The translations under genes were made by a program, and so were the position numbers. 64,000 bases of DNA from Octopus sinensis (taxonomy: Eukaryota): NCBI RefSeq assembly GCF_006345805.1, contig NC_043006.1, forward strand, positions 80,476,001-80,540,000. The letters run 5' to 3'. Position 1 is the first letter of the stretch; every line of letters starts with the position of its first letter. Positions 12,957 through 23,939 of the stretch are shown one piece after another. Below the pieces are notes generated by a model that did not search any database, had not been told where the DNA came from, and saw only the letters and a list, made by a program, of their open reading frames with translations.

Positions 12957-14131
12957 GTATATATATATTATTATTATTATTATGATTATTGATATTATTA
13001 TTATTATTATTTATATTTATATTAAATATAACTATCAAAAAGTATTAAATGTTTTATATAAGATAAAGAGGATGACCACTTTGACCGTTTCATGCCCATA
13101 TACCAATTAGAATAACAATAATTTAAATTCAATTAATAATTCGAATTATGGTTATAGTCAATCTTCAGGTTAATTATAATATTTAAATAAATAATCAGAA
13201 ATATTTAAACAATATTTCTTAAGCAATAAATAATATAATAATTCTTCTTATAAGAATCTCTATTATCAAACTAGAAACTTAACGATTATGATTATGTCAT
13301 ACAATCGATTATAATGTTAAATATTAATTTTTAAGTTTTAAGTATTCATTTTTAGGTAATATTAGTTATAGTCAATATCTAATTACATAAATATTTTACA
13401 AAAAAATAACTATTCATATTATTAAATATATAATATTTGAATAATATATAAATTATCAAAGAAAATATACAAATGTATATAAATTTTATAATTAGGATAT
13501 AAAATCATCTCTATCAATAAATATATATGCACGTACAATATATACCTAATAAATTAATTATTCACTATTACTAATAAATATATTAAAAGATTAAAGATGA
13601 AATAGATAATTGTAAAAAACAAACAACCTGAAACGAATGCTATAAGAAATTAACAAACTATATATCACTTTAGCTAACTAATAACTTTCAAAAATTGTAT
13701 AGTTAAAATATAATAATATAGTATCAAATAAACACTACAAATATATTTATGAATGGGAAGAATATTACTACCATTATCGATTTAAAAAGACAATATATAA
13801 GTAATAATAACAATTATAAGAAATTAAAATAACTATCAGCAAATATAGTTTTTTTAGGCTAAAAATAATGCTATCAAACATGTATATATATGAAACCGAA
13901 CTTTAAACAACTCGTATAACTGTTATCGAACTATATATCTCCATGGCTAATTAAAGTCTTACTAATAAAGGTAAAGTTAATATCTAATAATTATATAGAA
14001 AAATTACGATAATTAGATCATTACTTAAACATCAATATTTACATTAAATAAAAAACAATATTATACCATTAGACTTAGAAAATATTTAAATTTTAAATTT
14101 CAAAAATCTTAAATATAAATATATACTTCGC

Positions 14132-15120
14132 TTTGAGTTACACAAAATAATTGAAACACCTTAAAATTTCTAACAAATTGATTTTAATAAGATGTAGGAC
14201 CGCCTTTGGCAGTAATTACAGCTTGAAGTCTATGAGGTAGGGACTCGTTCAAATTTTGAATTGTTTGGAAAGGAATTTTTGTCCATTCTTCATCTAAAAC
14301 AGTCTCCAATTCTTGTAGTGATGATGGATGCGGATATCGACTCCTTACTTGTTTTTCTACAACGCACCTCAAATGTTCAGTAATATTGAGAACTGGAGAC
14401 TGTGTGCTCAGATAAGATATTCCACTTCACTAGAATGTTCCTTGTGTCATTCAGTAACAACGTTAGCAGAGTGAATTGGTCCATTATCATCCTGAAAGAT
14501 TGCATTTTGCTCCGGAAACAGTTCTGCAACCATAGGATGAATTTGATCAAATACTATGCTTAAACAGTCTTGAGTAATTCTACCATGAAGGGAAACCACT
14601 GGGCCGGCGACGTTCCTAGATATAGCCGCCCAGATCATCACAGATCCTCCTCTATGTTTAACTGTGTGTGTCAAATGCTTCTTTTGTTGGTCTCCACTGG
14701 TATAGTTGGGCGGTGGTCGGAAATGCTGTAAACGATGACTCTTCCGAGAAAATAACATTCTTCCAATGCTCAATGGACCAATTATGTAGCTTTTTACTCC
14801 ACTCTAAACGCTTTGCAACATTTGGTTTTAAAAGTAGTGGTTTTCTGATTGCATCTCTCCCGTGAAATACAGCTTTGCGCAGCTCCCTACGAACAGTTTT
14901 TGTGGAACATGGGATCTAGACGTGGTCATTAAGCTCTGTAGTAATTTTGGGAGCCGCACTTTTGTGTGCTTTTCTAACAGTTCGCATAAGAATCCTACGG
15001 TGCCTATTTGATATTTTGGTTTTCTTCCGGAGTTTTGTTTTGTCGAGGAGATTTTGCACTCTTTTTCAAACGCTGTCATACATTCGAGACTGTACTCCTT
15101 GCTACACCAAACATTTCGGC
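14132..15120 (-). mobile_element. Tc1/mariner DNA transposon, decayed transposase
   Basis: Across frameshifts the minus strand gives GRKPK (HTH linker), WKNVIFSEESSF, GGSVMIWAAIS, IFQDDNGPIH, QSPVLNITEHL and a terminal AKGGPTSY*. A terminal-repeat-like sequence lies at 14138-14189. Confidence 0.9.
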
Positions 15121-15888
15121 TATTACCTTTAATTACCTTATATATTATTATAGAAGCTTATCGTATAGGTCGTAATTCTTGTTGTGTACTAATGAATTTA
15201 AGGAAATATTATTTAATAATAATAAAATATTGGTTAATTACGTAGACGAGCGAAAAATTGAATGCAACCATAAATTACATTACTTATATAAGTTTAGCAA
15301 TTTTTCCGTATATATAAAACACTTTATTATGTTACTAATTTGCTGTAGATATAATTTATCTACAGTATATAAATTAGCATGATATTTTATGTTGTATATT
15401 ACATTATTTGAATACGTTTAAACTTGAATGTTTCTTAAATAAATGAATATATAATTTATTGAATATCTATCAATTATAGTAATATAAATTAATGTAACTA
15501 TATTATGAATATTTTACGCATTTTATTATTAATTTTTTCTACTTTAAATCTTCTACTAAATAGTAATTTATAGTTTTGCTTTTTGTTCTATTACTCTCTG
15601 ATTCTAAAATCTTAAATATCGTTCGCGATTTTCATTAATATAATACATACTACTATATAGTTATTTAATTTTTTTACTTACGCAACGTCTTCACGAGATA
15701 AATTTATTATAAACGCTAAGGCCTACGTGTTTACATTTAAAATTCAGTTAACAGATTTTCTTAGATGTCTTGGATTTCTTGTTAAAACAATATTGTTGAA
15801 TTTTGTTTGGCTTTGATTGTAAAAATATTGACTTCTATATTTTTAGTTGTTAATTATATGCTACGATACGTATATTTATTTACTTATG

Positions 15889-15949
<61 letters not shown>

Positions 15950-16340
15950 TTTTTCATTATTATTATTACTATTATTATTATTATTATTATTATTTTGTAA
16001 TCTATAATCTTAACGTATTGCATATAATTTACATTGGGAAATAGTTTTGTAAGACAAAATCTGACCGAATAGGTAGTAATTGTCTTTACTTGTTATGTAA
16101 TATTGCATTTAAATAAATATTTTTGATAATTATAGAAACTTTGGTTAATTCTATAAATGAGTGAAATATTAATTCAATACAAAAATTGAATTAATCATAT
16201 GATAAGTTTAACTAATATTTGTGTGTATATATTTGAAACATTTTTCAATTTTTAATTCTCGTAGTTATAATTTGTAGTAGTATTATATATATAAGTTCAA
16301 CACATGGCTATGATGCTATTATTATTATTATTTTTTATTA

Positions 16341-16408
<68 letters not shown>

Positions 16409-16962
16409 GAGTGAAAGAGCAGTGCATGCCATCAAAGTGACACTGGGGTAAAATATACGAAGCCCAATATACCCATCATGACTACCCGTCTGATAAAGGC
16501 ACACCAGGCACATGCATCACAACCATATGTGCGCGACATGGTGATCTCATATCAAGATAAACAGCACATGACCTTGCAGGTGGGGCCCAGTTAGAATTTT
16601 CTTCAGGTTGAGTAGCCCATCCCGCTCAAAAGGTCCCTGAATAAGGGTTGTTTAAGGATGTTGAAAGAACCACCCATGTTTCCAGAGGTGAATTATTCAA
16701 ACCCCAAAGAATCCCTCTCAACACATGGCTATGATGCTCCCCCACTACTTCTGCTCGTGATCAGAGATGCACATATCGGCGGCCACTAAGGGACATGCTC
16801 AACTGGTTAAGGTCAAACAACTGACAAGCAAATCTGTGGTATTGAGCAGAATATTTGCTGTAGCCCATCTTTTATACCAAGACAAAACAATGTACATGAT
16901 AACACTTCCAATCAGTTAAGATCAGAAGCCATGAGAGCCATTGCCTGGTACTGCATCAGGGC

Positions 16963-16965
<3 letters not shown>
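16409..16965. mobile_element. Interspersed repeat embedded in (ATT)n; possibly the 3' part of a microsatellite-targeting non-LTR element (Dong/R4-like)
   Basis: A ~560-bp block of ordinary GC content is bounded by (ATT)n on both sides. It resembles a repeat I recall as abundant in octopus. The family assignment is inference from its target site. Confidence 0.55.
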
Positions 16966-17031
<66 letters not shown>

Positions 17032-18217
17032 CATTATTTTGTAAACTATAATCTTAACGTATTGCATATAATTTACATTGGGAAATAGTTTTGTAAGACA
17101 GAATCTTACCGAATAAGTAGTAATTGTCTTTTCTTGTTATGTAATATTGCATTTAAATAAATATTTTTGATAATTATAGAAACATTGGTTAATTCTATAA
17201 ATGAGTGAAAAATTGAATTAATCATATGATAAGTTTAACTAATATTTGTGTGTATATATTTGAAACATTTTTCAATTTTTAATTCTCGTAGTTATAATTT
17301 GTAGTAGTATTATATATATAAGTTAGCATATAGTTTTTTAGCATATATTACATAATTAGAATAAGATTTAAAATTAGATGTTTATTAAATAAATACATAA
17401 ATAAATAATTTAATGGACATAGATTAAATTATAGTATTTTAGCTTCACTTAATGTATATTATGTATTTTATATATGTTGTTTTAAATATTTTGTTTTAAT
17501 TAGTATAACGCTCAGGAATAGAAAAAGTCTTTTACGTTTCGAGGACGCTCTTCTACAGAAAGGGACACAGAAAAAACAGTAATGATGTACTCTTATTTGC
17601 TACATTCTTCTATAAGCTAAAATATGTTTTCATAGATAAAATAAATATTTCTATATATTTATTCTATTTTAATTTACACCACGTTTTTAACGAGATAAAT
17701 TAATTATAAACGCTAGGTCCTACATATTACGTTTAAATATTTAGTTAACGGAATATATTCAATAAGATATTTATATTTTTATTTTAAGATATAGTGTTGA
17801 ATTTTGTTCGATTTTTTATTGTAAAATTACGTATTTTTATATATAATTTAATATTTTCTTTTAAGATAATATACGTGCATTTATTTAATTATTTTATTGT
17901 TTTTATCTTGGACCTGATGAGTGAATATATTTAAATTGAATTGATTTTATTGTGAACAATTTGAAAATATAGCCACGAAACACAATTCATATAATATGTA
18001 TATTTTATTTCGTACTTTACTTAATTCTAGGTTAATGTATTATCGTCTCATTAATTTTTTTCTATATGGAATGATTTAAGTATATCATTGTTGAATTGCT
18101 ACATGGTGGTTCTTCTATAATTTATATACATAAATTATATATTATGAAATTTTATTTAGAATTACTAAATTGAATTTTCCCTGTAAGTTTTGAATCATAT
18201 TACCTAATATTATTATG

Positions 18218-18251
<34 letters not shown>

Positions 18252-18503
18252 ATACACACACACACAGACACACACACACAAACACACACACATATACATA
18301 TATATAAAGTTAATCCAAACATGAAAACACAAAGTGAAAATACAACAATGCGAGGACGTGGAACAAACATAGTATTATTGGACGCTCAGGAAGGAAGGAA
18401 AGAAGGAGGGTTTAAAATTTCAGAAACATAGGAAAAGGAAATATCCACAGAAGGGAAGACGGAGGAAAAAATCGCCAACGGTACACACACGGTCACATTT
18501 TGA

Positions 18504-18552
<49 letters not shown>

Positions 18553-18795
18553 CATATGATAGATCGCAAAACACTACACGTTCTTTATTTTCTCTCCTTG
18601 TTCTTTCTGTGTTCTTTTCTGTGGAAGATCGTAGGTTCGAAACGCCAAAGAATTTTTCACTTCCTGGTCTTTAAACTAATACATCTGTTTGTTGTCTGCA
18701 CCACCTGTCTTCGTCTTGTCTTGTAAATTCTTCCCCTATATTTATGTATATAGATATATATATGTATATATATGTAATATATATGTATATATAAA

Positions 18796-19269
18796 TCTTA
18801 GATAAAACTTAGATATGTTTCGACCAGAGATTGGTCCAGGCCATTTCTAACTTAATAGCACCACCTGATAGGATTATTCGAATCCTGTTTAAGTCAAGTT
18901 TTGTTCAAGTAGTGAGTTCTTGTTGGGTGAGTTGTATCCAGTTTTGTTCAAGTAGTGAGTTCTTGTTGGGTGAGTTGTATCCAATTATGGGTGGCTTGTC
19001 TGGTATTCTTTGAAGGAATCTATCCAGACTCTGTTTGAAGTTGATGGGATCCTTTTCCTCTTTGATCTCCCTCGGGACAATGTTAAATAGGGCAGGGCCT
19101 GTTGAGGAAAAGAAATTATGTTGCAGTGTACATGTATGTTGTGATCTTGAATTTGGCAGGGGACGTACAGCCCGTGGTCCAAGTCTCGGATGAACCTTGA
19201 AGCTAATGTTTAGGTCGTTTGGGCAAAGTTGGCGGTATATTTTCCACATCGTACAAATGATGTATCGCT

Positions 19270-19270
<1 letters not shown>
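18796..19270 (-). mobile_element. CR1-type LINE 3' fragment (second subfamily)
   Basis: Encodes RYIICTMWKIY...TGPALFNIVPREIK...FKQSLDRFLQRIPDKP, homologous to the C-terminus of the 9527 ORF. It has a 3' tail cctggaccaatctctggtcgaaacatatctaag and an internal 43-bp tandem duplication (18898-18983). Confidence 0.85.
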
Positions 19271-19350
<80 letters not shown>

Positions 19351-20291
19351 TTAGAAAGACATATACTTAGAAACTTATAAGCAGTGTAAATATACATGAG
19401 ATACATTCGAACTTTTAATCCATCCATGGTATTTTGTCATAGAGTAAATTTCCCATTGTAGACACATATAGGTGCAAGAGCACCACTTAAGTTCTCAGAG
19501 TCCCCTAACCAGGCTGATGGAATCATACATTTCGGAGTTGTTATTTCCGCCTCAGTGCCACATACTGGAAAGTAAAGTGCCACAAACTGACAAGCGAAAG
19601 GTATCTCTTGCTATATCTTATACATGAGAAACAGTGAACATTTCAATCCAACTTTACACGGATATTCCCAGATGCTGAGACGTATGTATAAGCTATTTTT
19701 CAAACGATATCACGTAGGACCTTAGATGAATTGTGAAATCAACTGAGAAGAATTATCAGGGAATATTTGTTTCGTGATAGAAGTTTCTGCAAAGAGTCGG
19801 TTAGCTGATTCTTTCTTTCCCTTCATCTGAATAATTCACACGGCCAATTATGATTTCTCAAAGACTACTTTTGATTTGTATGTATTATGGATTTTCTCTC
19901 TCCCTAGATCTAACGAGTGAAACATTGATGGAAGCGAGAATTAGCATGGTATTCTCATGTTTGGTATACTCATATTTGATGTCGTTTCGAATTCTTACGT
20001 TGATCGATATACTACTTCATTGCACAAACAGCAATCCAGAGGACGGTGGGATGGTTTGGGTGGAATTGTTTCATTTACCAATTGAATAATGAATGACGCC
20101 TCTAGGAGTTTGTTTGGGACTGCATTTCTTGATTCGGGAAGCAAAATTTTAGAGAGAAATAACATACTTTAATGTGATGAGAGTTGAAGAGTTTATATGT
20201 ATACCAAGTGGGTGGTAATTGGTGACTTATATGAGTTAGTTAAACACCTAACTTATATAGTGTAATAGGATGAAATCAATTAATTTCATAA

Positions 20292-22193
20292 TTAGGAATG
20301 CATTTTGTACCAACATTTGCAGCACGATTCTTTGAAATGGCGTCTAACGACTTTCGTTGTCAAGAATGTAATACTAATTATTAAACCGACATAAGCATTT
20401 CCAATTAAGCTGATATAGAAAACGTCGTGCACTTTGGCAATGGCACCTAATGGTATTATATACCATGTTAATCCCATTATAAGGCTAAATTTAAAATAAA
20501 TCATAATTCCTATATTCTTACGTACCCCAAGATATTTTGATGAGTTTTTCCTAGCTAAACAGAGACCCACGACTGTGACGATGAAAATCAAAGTATTCAT
20601 TGATAAAAGTGTTATCAGCGGAACTCCAACAAACCACTTCGGAATTTCATTTCTATCATACCAACAAAAATATCCGTCCGGATCTTCAGAAGAAATGGTC
20701 TGCGAATATATCAATGTTGCAATCACAAATATAAGTGGAGACATCCAAGCATATAAGGAATAAAAGATAAATCTCTTCCCTTGTTTTTCAACAATTGGAA
20801 ACTTTATAATTCCTGAAAATGTGTATAAAGCATCAAATGAAATAACATTCATCCAAAAAGCAGACGCTAACACGAAATAATGCAACAATGAGTCGCCTAT
20901 GTTGCACACCAAATGACGATCCGCAACAATGTCGAAGAAATATAGAACCTCTGTTGCAAGTATTGAGAATAAAAGTCCAATGGTTAGTTTACCTGGTAAT
21001 GTACGGAAATATACAGAAATAGACCGTAATAGTGATGATTAGAGCTACACTGGAGGACCATATTCCCGTAAATAGAAGGTACGTTTCAGGATCCATACCC
21101 ACGTTTGTCTTATAGTTATTTACACAAATACTAATACCTTGGGGATCTCGAATGAATTCTGACTGGTTTAGAAGCGTTCTGGAAGAATTCAGATAATATA
21201 TCCATCAAGAGTGAAAGAAAACTCAGACTCTTTTAATCTTTCGGTGGTACAATTTAAGATGAAACTAAAGTCAACTTGTCGGCATTCTATCTTCAGTTCG
21301 TCGTAAAGAAATCCAGCAGAACAATATGGCAATTCTTTCAAATATACTTTTTCATTATTTGCATTTAATAGTTCAACTGTGTTATGATTATAGTTAAATA
21401 TTGTTATTTGTCTATATTCCTTCTTTCCATGTGATATCTTTGAAGAGATCGTCACGTTGCACTCAATATTATTAATACCAATATCATTACAAAATGCGCA
21501 GTGTACGTTTCTAAAACTAGTCCCATTTGATCTGACAATAGCCATTGGTTCAAACATACAAGGAGAATCTAAAGATATATTGGTAAATTTTGTGGGACAA
21601 TTTGAAACATAATCAGTGCATGGATATTGGTAATTGCTAAAGTTCATTGGCGCTTCAATCGATACATTACAATGATTATTTCTCAATATGCGAGGGAAGT
21701 TTGATAAATCCATATCTATCTGATGATTGCATTTGTAGTGAACTGTCCATAATATATATTCTTCACCGTTGCACAGAGCACAGAACAAATTCCTGTAAAG
21801 TCTTTTAGTTCGTTTTCCCAGAGCAGGTATGTTGTATAATTGGTCATTTTCATTCAGTGTTTCACAATAGGTAAGGTGTTCTGTAATTGAGTGGTCGCTT
21901 GGGCAGTGATCAAATAGAAAATAACTTTCTAATTTATTATCACTAATTTTCCTGCAATTATAATCCACTGATGAGATTCCATGGTCACTTATTGTTTCAT
22001 TAATTACGTCTGAACAACATTCATTATATAGATTACAATATTTATGACAAGAACATCTTCTTTGCAAACTTTCTGTATCACAAAGTGAAGGATAACATTC
22101 AATATTTTTCACCGAACAATATGAAAGCCGGATAACATGGTTTCCAAAAGCTATCAGTAGAATGTGTAAGAGATTCCAGAAATGATGTTTCAT
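20292..22193 (-). pseudogene. GPCR paralogue A, copy 1: SMB-like/Cys-rich ectodomain plus Methuselah-like 7TM, disrupted by two frameshifts
   Basis: Aligns end to end with intact paralogue B. A 1-bp deletion near 21195-21200 creates TGA at 21189-21191. A 5-bp deletion near 21010 is seen as tgtata-tttc-cgtaca versus tgtata-ccagaactc-cgtaca in B. Confidence 0.88.
21189..22193 (-). CDS. Possible 334-aa secreted ectodomain-only product of paralogue A (expression unproven)
   Basis: ATG at 22193 followed by a signal-peptide-like MKHHFWNLLHILLIAFGNHVIRLSYC. It has CSCHKYCNLYNECCSD, YRNLFCALCN and FRNVHCAFCN, and stops before TM1. Confidence 0.4.
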   Translation of the reverse strand: MKHHFWNLLHILLIAFGNHVIRLSYCSVKNIECYPSLCDTESLQRRCSCHKYCNLYNECCSDVINETISDHGISSVDYNCRKISDNKLESYFLFDHCPSDHSITEHLTYCETLNENDQLYNIPALGKRTKRLYRNLFCALCNGEEYILWTVHYKCNHQIDMDLSNFPRILRNNHCNVSIEAPMNFSNYQYPCTDYVSNCPTKFTNISLDSPCMFEPMAIVRSNGTSFRNVHCAFCNDIGINNIECNVTISSKISHGKKEYRQITIFNYNHNTVELLNANNEKVYLKELPYCSAGFLYDELKIECRQVDFSFILNCTTERLKESEFSFTLDGYII

Positions 22194-22699
22194 GCTGAAT
22201 ATATATTTTATAGAGCTACCTATAATTTAAAAGTATTTATGTCTCATTACATTTTCAGCATCCAAAATTTGATTTAGTTCATGGTATATTCAGACTATAT
22301 TTCTATTAGCAAATATGGACATATAATTAAGATTTACAAAATAATATGAGGATGATCCGTTGAATGAAATACGTCGCTACTGTTGACTCTGTTAAAAGAA
22401 AGAAAGAATACATTAAGATTTTGTTTAACAAAATCTAGGTAATATATTAATGTTTAAGTTTCAATATTTTCTAATAGATCCATTGTTTGCTTCAGAATAT
22501 TTTTTAATATGCTACTTCTTTTAAGGCTCTTTCAATCTTTTATGCCTATATATCTGATAACCGAAATAATAGAAGTTCAATGGAATTGTATAAAATTTTG
22601 GGGAATATATTTGTTTTTCCTACGTGAAATATTTTACTTCCATATTACCGTCGATAGGCGCTCATGATAGGTGGGCGGTTATCTAAGCCCCCAAATTTT

Positions 22700-23420
22700 T
22701 TGTAAAATAGAATTTTCCGTTTAACATCCCTGGGCGAATTTTCGGAAAATCATGAGTATTTGCACCCATCCAATCTATGAGTAACAAATCACAGTGTGGA
22801 AAATTTTGAATTGGCAGCAAATCGGTGCAGATTAAAGAGGCGTCCACACGATCGATACCTGACATTTATTCCTAGAGGGCTAACATTAGCAAAAGCATCA
22901 GTAGAAGTAGCAGGAAAGAGTTGGGGCAAGGATGTCACCCTGCTTGACACTATTCTCTACAGGAATCGTTCCCGCCATGCCACTACCAACATTGGCCCAA
23001 GCCTCTATCCCATCATGAAATGATTTAATTAAAGATACAAAGTGATACGGGCATCCAAGTTTGCCAAGTATTTTCCATAGTAATGCCCTATTTACAGTAT
23101 CAGAGGTTTGGTTAAATCAAAGAATTCCTGGACAAGACCTATATTCTGCTAATAACATTTATCCTGCATCTGTCCATTGTTCCTTTACCAGATCAGAAAC
23201 CCCAATGAGATTCAGATATAACATTTGCGAGGCACCCATTCAAGGGGGTGAGAAGAATATTTGTCACAACCTTGCAGGCAGGTGATAGTAGAGCAATACC
23301 TCTGTAGTTACCTCACATTTTTCTGGTTCCTTTTCCTTTATAGAGAGGAAGAATAATTGCATACCTCCAATCCTTAGGCATTGCACCATCCCCACCAGAC
23401 TACACTAATAGGTTCATGAA
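22700..23420 (-). mobile_element. RTE (BovB-like) LINE reverse transcriptase fragment, decayed
   Basis: The minus strand gives WRYAIILPLYKGKGTRKM*GNYRGIALLS, then DTVNRALLWKILGKLGCPYHFVSLIKSFHDG, VKQGDILAPTL and RYRSCGRLFNLHRF, interrupted by stops and frameshifts. Confidence 0.85.
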
Positions 23421-23939
23421 GGGACTGTATTATGTAATCACAACAAAATCGTGAGTGGCAATCAAATGATTCAAGCAACCAAAAATAATTAATCTCTGAA
23501 GCTGTAACTACAGTTTACTTTTGGATATTCATTCTCGTTTGATGTACTCTGTAGAAACATTGAATGAAGCGGCAATTTTATAGTGTTTCCATTTAACTAT
23601 GTACACTCATTTATGATGCTATTTTCAGTTCATGTGATTTTTGGGTATGTAACTGTAATAGTTAGGCATCACTCTTGAGGGTGAAAGCGGCGTATATTTT
23701 TCGTCTACAAATTGATTGAGGAATGATGTTTGCGGTGTTTGTGTTCGGGTATATTATTTCGTAGTGGGAACATTATTTTTAATGGAGAAACAACATAAGA
23801 ACAATATAACTTTTGACTGTTGAGGTTTTTTATGGTATTCTGAGCGTGTAGTAACAGATCCGTTAGGTGTAGGAAAAACTTGACTATACTTGTGATTTGT
23901 GTGCGGTGAAATGATTAAATCAAATTCATTTCATGAATA

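Noticed and set aside
13080-14130. Very AT-rich stretch (also 8170-9070 and 15150-18200) as a mitochondrial insertion
   Set aside because: I could not recognise any mitochondrial gene, rRNA or tRNA motif on either strand. BLASTn against mollusc mitogenomes would settle it.
21189-21191. Rescue of paralogue A by A-to-I editing (UGA to UGG) or stop read-through
   Set aside because: The frame after the TGA is shifted and hits further stops (TAA seven codons later, then another), so recoding one stop cannot restore TM1.
21000-21260. A small intron that skips the frameshifted stretch of A
   Set aside because: There is no consensus GTRAG donor just upstream of the stop. The region aligns base for base to intronless B, and skipping it would delete TM1.
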